Of a DNA stretch of 32,000 nt, positions 29,778-32,000 are shown piece after piece. The DNA is from Candidatus Nanosynbacter lyticus (lineage in GTDB: Bacteria > Patescibacteriota > Saccharimonadia > Saccharimonadales > Saccharimonadaceae). The notes under the pieces are model-generated. The model did no database searches. It was given only the letters and a program-made list of their open reading frames with translations, and was not told the DNA's origin. Numbering within the stretch: position 1 is the first letter of the stretch; each line of letters opens with the position of its first letter. A program made the translations under genes and the position numbers. The stretch lies in the NCBI RefSeq assembly GCF_030253515.1, contig NZ_CP124549.1, forward strand, positions 210,001 to 242,000, in the 5' to 3' direction.

Positions 29778-30491
29778 ATGGCGCAGCCACAGTGGAGTGA
29801 TAAGGAGTTTGCCGCGATGCCGAGCATAGCGGTGGCGGCGCATGAGTTGAAGGCGCCACTGGCGTTGATTCGGCAGATGAGTTTATTGATTGAGGACGGT
29901 GGGCTTAGTCCAGTCGAGGTGCAGCAGATGCAGCGACGGTTGACGCTGACGGCGGAGCGCTCGCTGGCCTTGGTGCAGGACTTGGCGCGTACTGTGAATG
30001 TACAGCCGACGCTGTTTCCACTGGAGCCGGTTAATCCGCTGGCGCTGCTAACGCAACTAGCATACGAGTCACGCGACATGCTGCGGCTGTATGACCGGCG
30101 GGTGACGTGGCCGCGTACGGGCAAGAAGCGGCTGGTGGTGACTAATCCGCTGCTGCTTGGGCGGATTATGATGAATTTTCTCGATAATGCGATGCGCTAC
30201 AGCGAGGCTGGGGCGGCAATTCGCGTGACCATGCGCCAGGCGGGGACGATGGTGCGGCTGGGTGTGCGGGATTTTGGGCCGATGATGAGCCTGGCGGAGT
30301 ATCGGCGATTGGTGGATGAAATGACCGTGCGTAAATCAGTCAGAACCCGGCCGGACAGCAGCGGCCTCGGCGTGTATATCGCTGCGACGTTTGCGCGGGC
30401 GATGGGCGGGCAGATCGGGCTGATACGCCACCGAGACGGACTGACGTTTTATGTTGATGTGCCGCTCAGCGAGCAGATGAGCTTGCTGTGA
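29778..30491 (+). CDS. minimal soluble histidine kinase (HisKA plus HATPase_c only)
   Basis: H-box VAAHELKAPLALI, N-box NFLDNAMRYS, G-boxes VRDFGP and SGLGVYIA. It is 237 aa with no TM helix or sensory domain. Confidence 0.85.
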   Translation: MAQPQWSDKEFAAMPSIAVAAHELKAPLALIRQMSLLIEDGGLSPVEVQQMQRRLTLTAERSLALVQDLARTVNVQPTLFPLEPVNPLALLTQLAYESRDMLRLYDRRVTWPRTGKKRLVVTNPLLLGRIMMNFLDNAMRYSEAGAAIRVTMRQAGTMVRLGVRDFGPMMSLAEYRRLVDEMTVRKSVRTRPDSSGLGVYIAATFARAMGGQIGLIRHRDGLTFYVDVPLSEQMSLL

Positions 30492-30856
30492 AAAAGCTAC
30501 TGATCATCGAGGATGACCCGCAGTGGGCGGCAGTGCTGGAGCGGTATGCGCTGGAGGCGGGCTGTACGGCCCGAACAGTGGTGGCGGCTGGACAGGCGAT
30601 GGCGATGATTGATGAGTGGCGGCCGGATGGCTTGATTCTCGATATGCTGCTGGCGGGTGAGACGGGAATGGCACTACTGAATGAGCTGCAAAGCCATGAG
30701 GATCTGGCGCGGCTGCCAGTGGTGGTGTGCAGTAATGTAGCGCTTGATCTGGATCAGCTGCGGCCGTTTGGCGTGCGGGCGGTGCTTGATAAGGCGCGAA
30801 TGACGCCCGATGACGTGCGAGCGGCGCTCAGCGTGCTAGGTGAGGAGGCTGAATGA
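30488..30856 (+). CDS. stand-alone response-regulator receiver protein
   Basis: IEDD acidic pocket, phospho-acceptor context LILDMLL, VVCSN, and a conserved Lys in LDKA. It is 122 aa with no output domain. The GTGA overlap joins it to the kinase stop. Confidence 0.85.
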   Translation: MKKLLIIEDDPQWAAVLERYALEAGCTARTVVAAGQAMAMIDEWRPDGLILDMLLAGETGMALLNELQSHEDLARLPVVVCSNVALDLDQLRPFGVRAVLDKARMTPDDVRAALSVLGEEAE

Positions 30857-31530
30857 AAGACGGTGAGCGACTCAAGGCGATTGTGCTACGGCGGACGGAT
30901 TATGCGGAAGCTGATCGGGTATTGCAGTTACTAACGCCCCAGGGGCGGCGGGCGGTGATCGCCAAGGAGGTGCGCCGCGAGCGGAGCAAGCTGGCTGGCG
31001 GCATTGAGCTCCTGGCGCTGTGCGACGTGGTGATTCGTTCGGGCCGTGGTGAGCTGGGGCTGCTGACCAGTGCCAGGCTCAGCGCGTTTTATCGGCATAT
31101 CCTCGAGGATTATGAGCGGATGCGGTTTGCCTACCAGGCGCTCAAGCTGGTGGCGCAGGCGACCGAGACCGTTGACGGGCCGGAGTGGTTCGCGGTACTC
31201 AGTCAGGTGTTGGCGTGGCTTGATCGGCCGGCGGTTGATCGGCTGCTGGTCGAGACGTGGTTTTATATGCAGTACGCCGGGCTGTTGGGTGACGAGCTTA
31301 ATCTACGCACCGACGTGGCCGGGCGGACGCTCACGAGCGATAAATCATACATGTACGATCCAAGCGAAAAAGCCCTAAGGCCAAGCGAGCAGGGCGATTT
31401 AACGGCCGATCACATCAAGCTGCTGCGCCTCATCCAAGCCAAGCCGCTAGAAAATCTCACCCACATCGGCGGCCTCGGCCCGGTCATCGCTAGTTGCTGG
31501 CTGGTGACTAGGCAGCATGCGGCGGTGTAA
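30853..31530 (+). CDS. recO: DNA repair protein RecO
   Basis: The N-terminal OB-fold pattern (LKAIVLRRTDYAEADRVLQLLTPQGRRAVIAK ... RSKLAGGIELL) and a length of 225 aa fit RecO. The ATGA overlap joins it to the receiver gene. Confidence 0.85.
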   Translation: MKDGERLKAIVLRRTDYAEADRVLQLLTPQGRRAVIAKEVRRERSKLAGGIELLALCDVVIRSGRGELGLLTSARLSAFYRHILEDYERMRFAYQALKLVAQATETVDGPEWFAVLSQVLAWLDRPAVDRLLVETWFYMQYAGLLGDELNLRTDVAGRTLTSDKSYMYDPSEKALRPSEQGDLTADHIKLLRLIQAKPLENLTHIGGLGPVIASCWLVTRQHAAV

Positions 31531-32000
31531 CTGTGTCTTGTAGAGCATGCTTCACAATTGCTTTCCGTAGGGGGGAGAAGGCAGATTCCATGAAAGTATT
31601 AGGGTTTTGCCCGGACTCAATATCCGACTGATTAAGCTTGGTGAGTATGTTATGTGTTGAAATATCGGGGTTCTCTTCGGGGTTAATCTCTATCTCTTCC
31701 GAGTATTGGCCACGGAAATATTCAATCTCACGTAAATAGGACTCCTTGCAATATTCCACCTCGAGATCTGGCTTACTTATTTTGATAATCTCATCGGCAC
31801 ATTCCCAGAGCAGGGCAACTGCGCTTCTTTTAGCGTCGTCATCAAATCGACCCATCGCGGCGAGATCGCGTAACGTGCGCGCTAGGAATATTTTATTGAG
31901 GACGGAACTAAAAGAAATATCTATTCTTTTGGTCTGACTGGCGTAAACACTGTGAGCATCTTCTAGTGCTTGATCTAGGAAGGCCACCCTTACTTGGTCG
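31508..32000 (-). CDS. hypothetical protein (possibly extends beyond window end)
   Basis: The frame stays open from the GTG at 31987 to the window edge. I recognised no motif. GC content is lower (about 42% in the 60-nt blocks I counted) than in adjacent recO (about 65%). It overlaps the recO 3' end by 23 nt. Confidence 0.5.
   Translation of the reverse strand, partial: DQVRVAFLDQALEDAHSVYASQTKRIDISFSSVLNKIFLARTLRDLAAMGRFDDDAKRSAVALLWECADEIIKISKPDLEVEYCKESYLREIEYFRGQYSEEIEINPEENPDISTHNILTKLNQSDIESGQNPNTFMESAFSPLRKAIVKHALQDTVTPPHAA

Noticed and set aside
1-32000. Mobile elements, toxin-antitoxin pairs, restriction-modification or other known defence systems.
   Set aside because: I recognised no transposase, integrase, recombinase, nuclease-helicase defence architecture or terminal inverted repeats. 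The methyltransferases present look like RNA or protein-type enzymes without partner endonucleases.

Overview
Gene-dense 32-kb chromosomal segment with about 36 CDS, 32 of them on the + strand. Many starts and stops overlap (ATGA, GTGA). I found no rRNA, tRNA, CRISPR array, transposase, integrase or phage structural module. TGA is used as a stop, so the standard code applies. The content is mostly housekeeping: serS, hpf, secA, an M16 peptidase, a murD-like ligase, hpt, prfB, ftsEX, an S41 Ctp peptidase, rpmA, xseAB and recO. The hpf-secA...prfB-ftsEX-ctp order is like that of Firmicutes. The compactness and gene set fit a small-genome monoderm such as Saccharibacteria or another CPR lineage, but that assignment is only an inference. 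Six things deserve a closer look. (1) Bases 1-6775 hold two paralogous MacB-type ABC modules in mirrored gene order. They flank a PadR regulator, a PspC-domain membrane protein with a DUF1700-like N-terminus, and UppP, which makes a candidate envelope-stress or antimicrobial sensing and detoxification locus without a two-component system. (2) A 681-aa membrane-anchored collagen-like fibre protein has two Gly-X-Y stalks (48 and 71 triplets). Each stalk follows the same ~30-aa module, and the protein ends in a globular head. (3) An extended -10 box (consensus TGCTATAAT) recurs 6-8 nt upstream of the start codon of at least 11 lead genes, which implies widespread leaderless mRNAs. (4) ftsE and ftsX are followed by a PcsB-like coiled-coil/CHAP hydrolase, a Ctp peptidase and an orphan receiver. 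(5) A sensor-less histidine kinase and a receiver-only response regulator are translationally coupled to recO. (6) A membrane-anchored small methyltransferase resembling the FAM173/ATPSCKMT lysine methyltransferases is coupled to xseAB. All functional calls rest on motifs I recognised by eye, and no database search was run.
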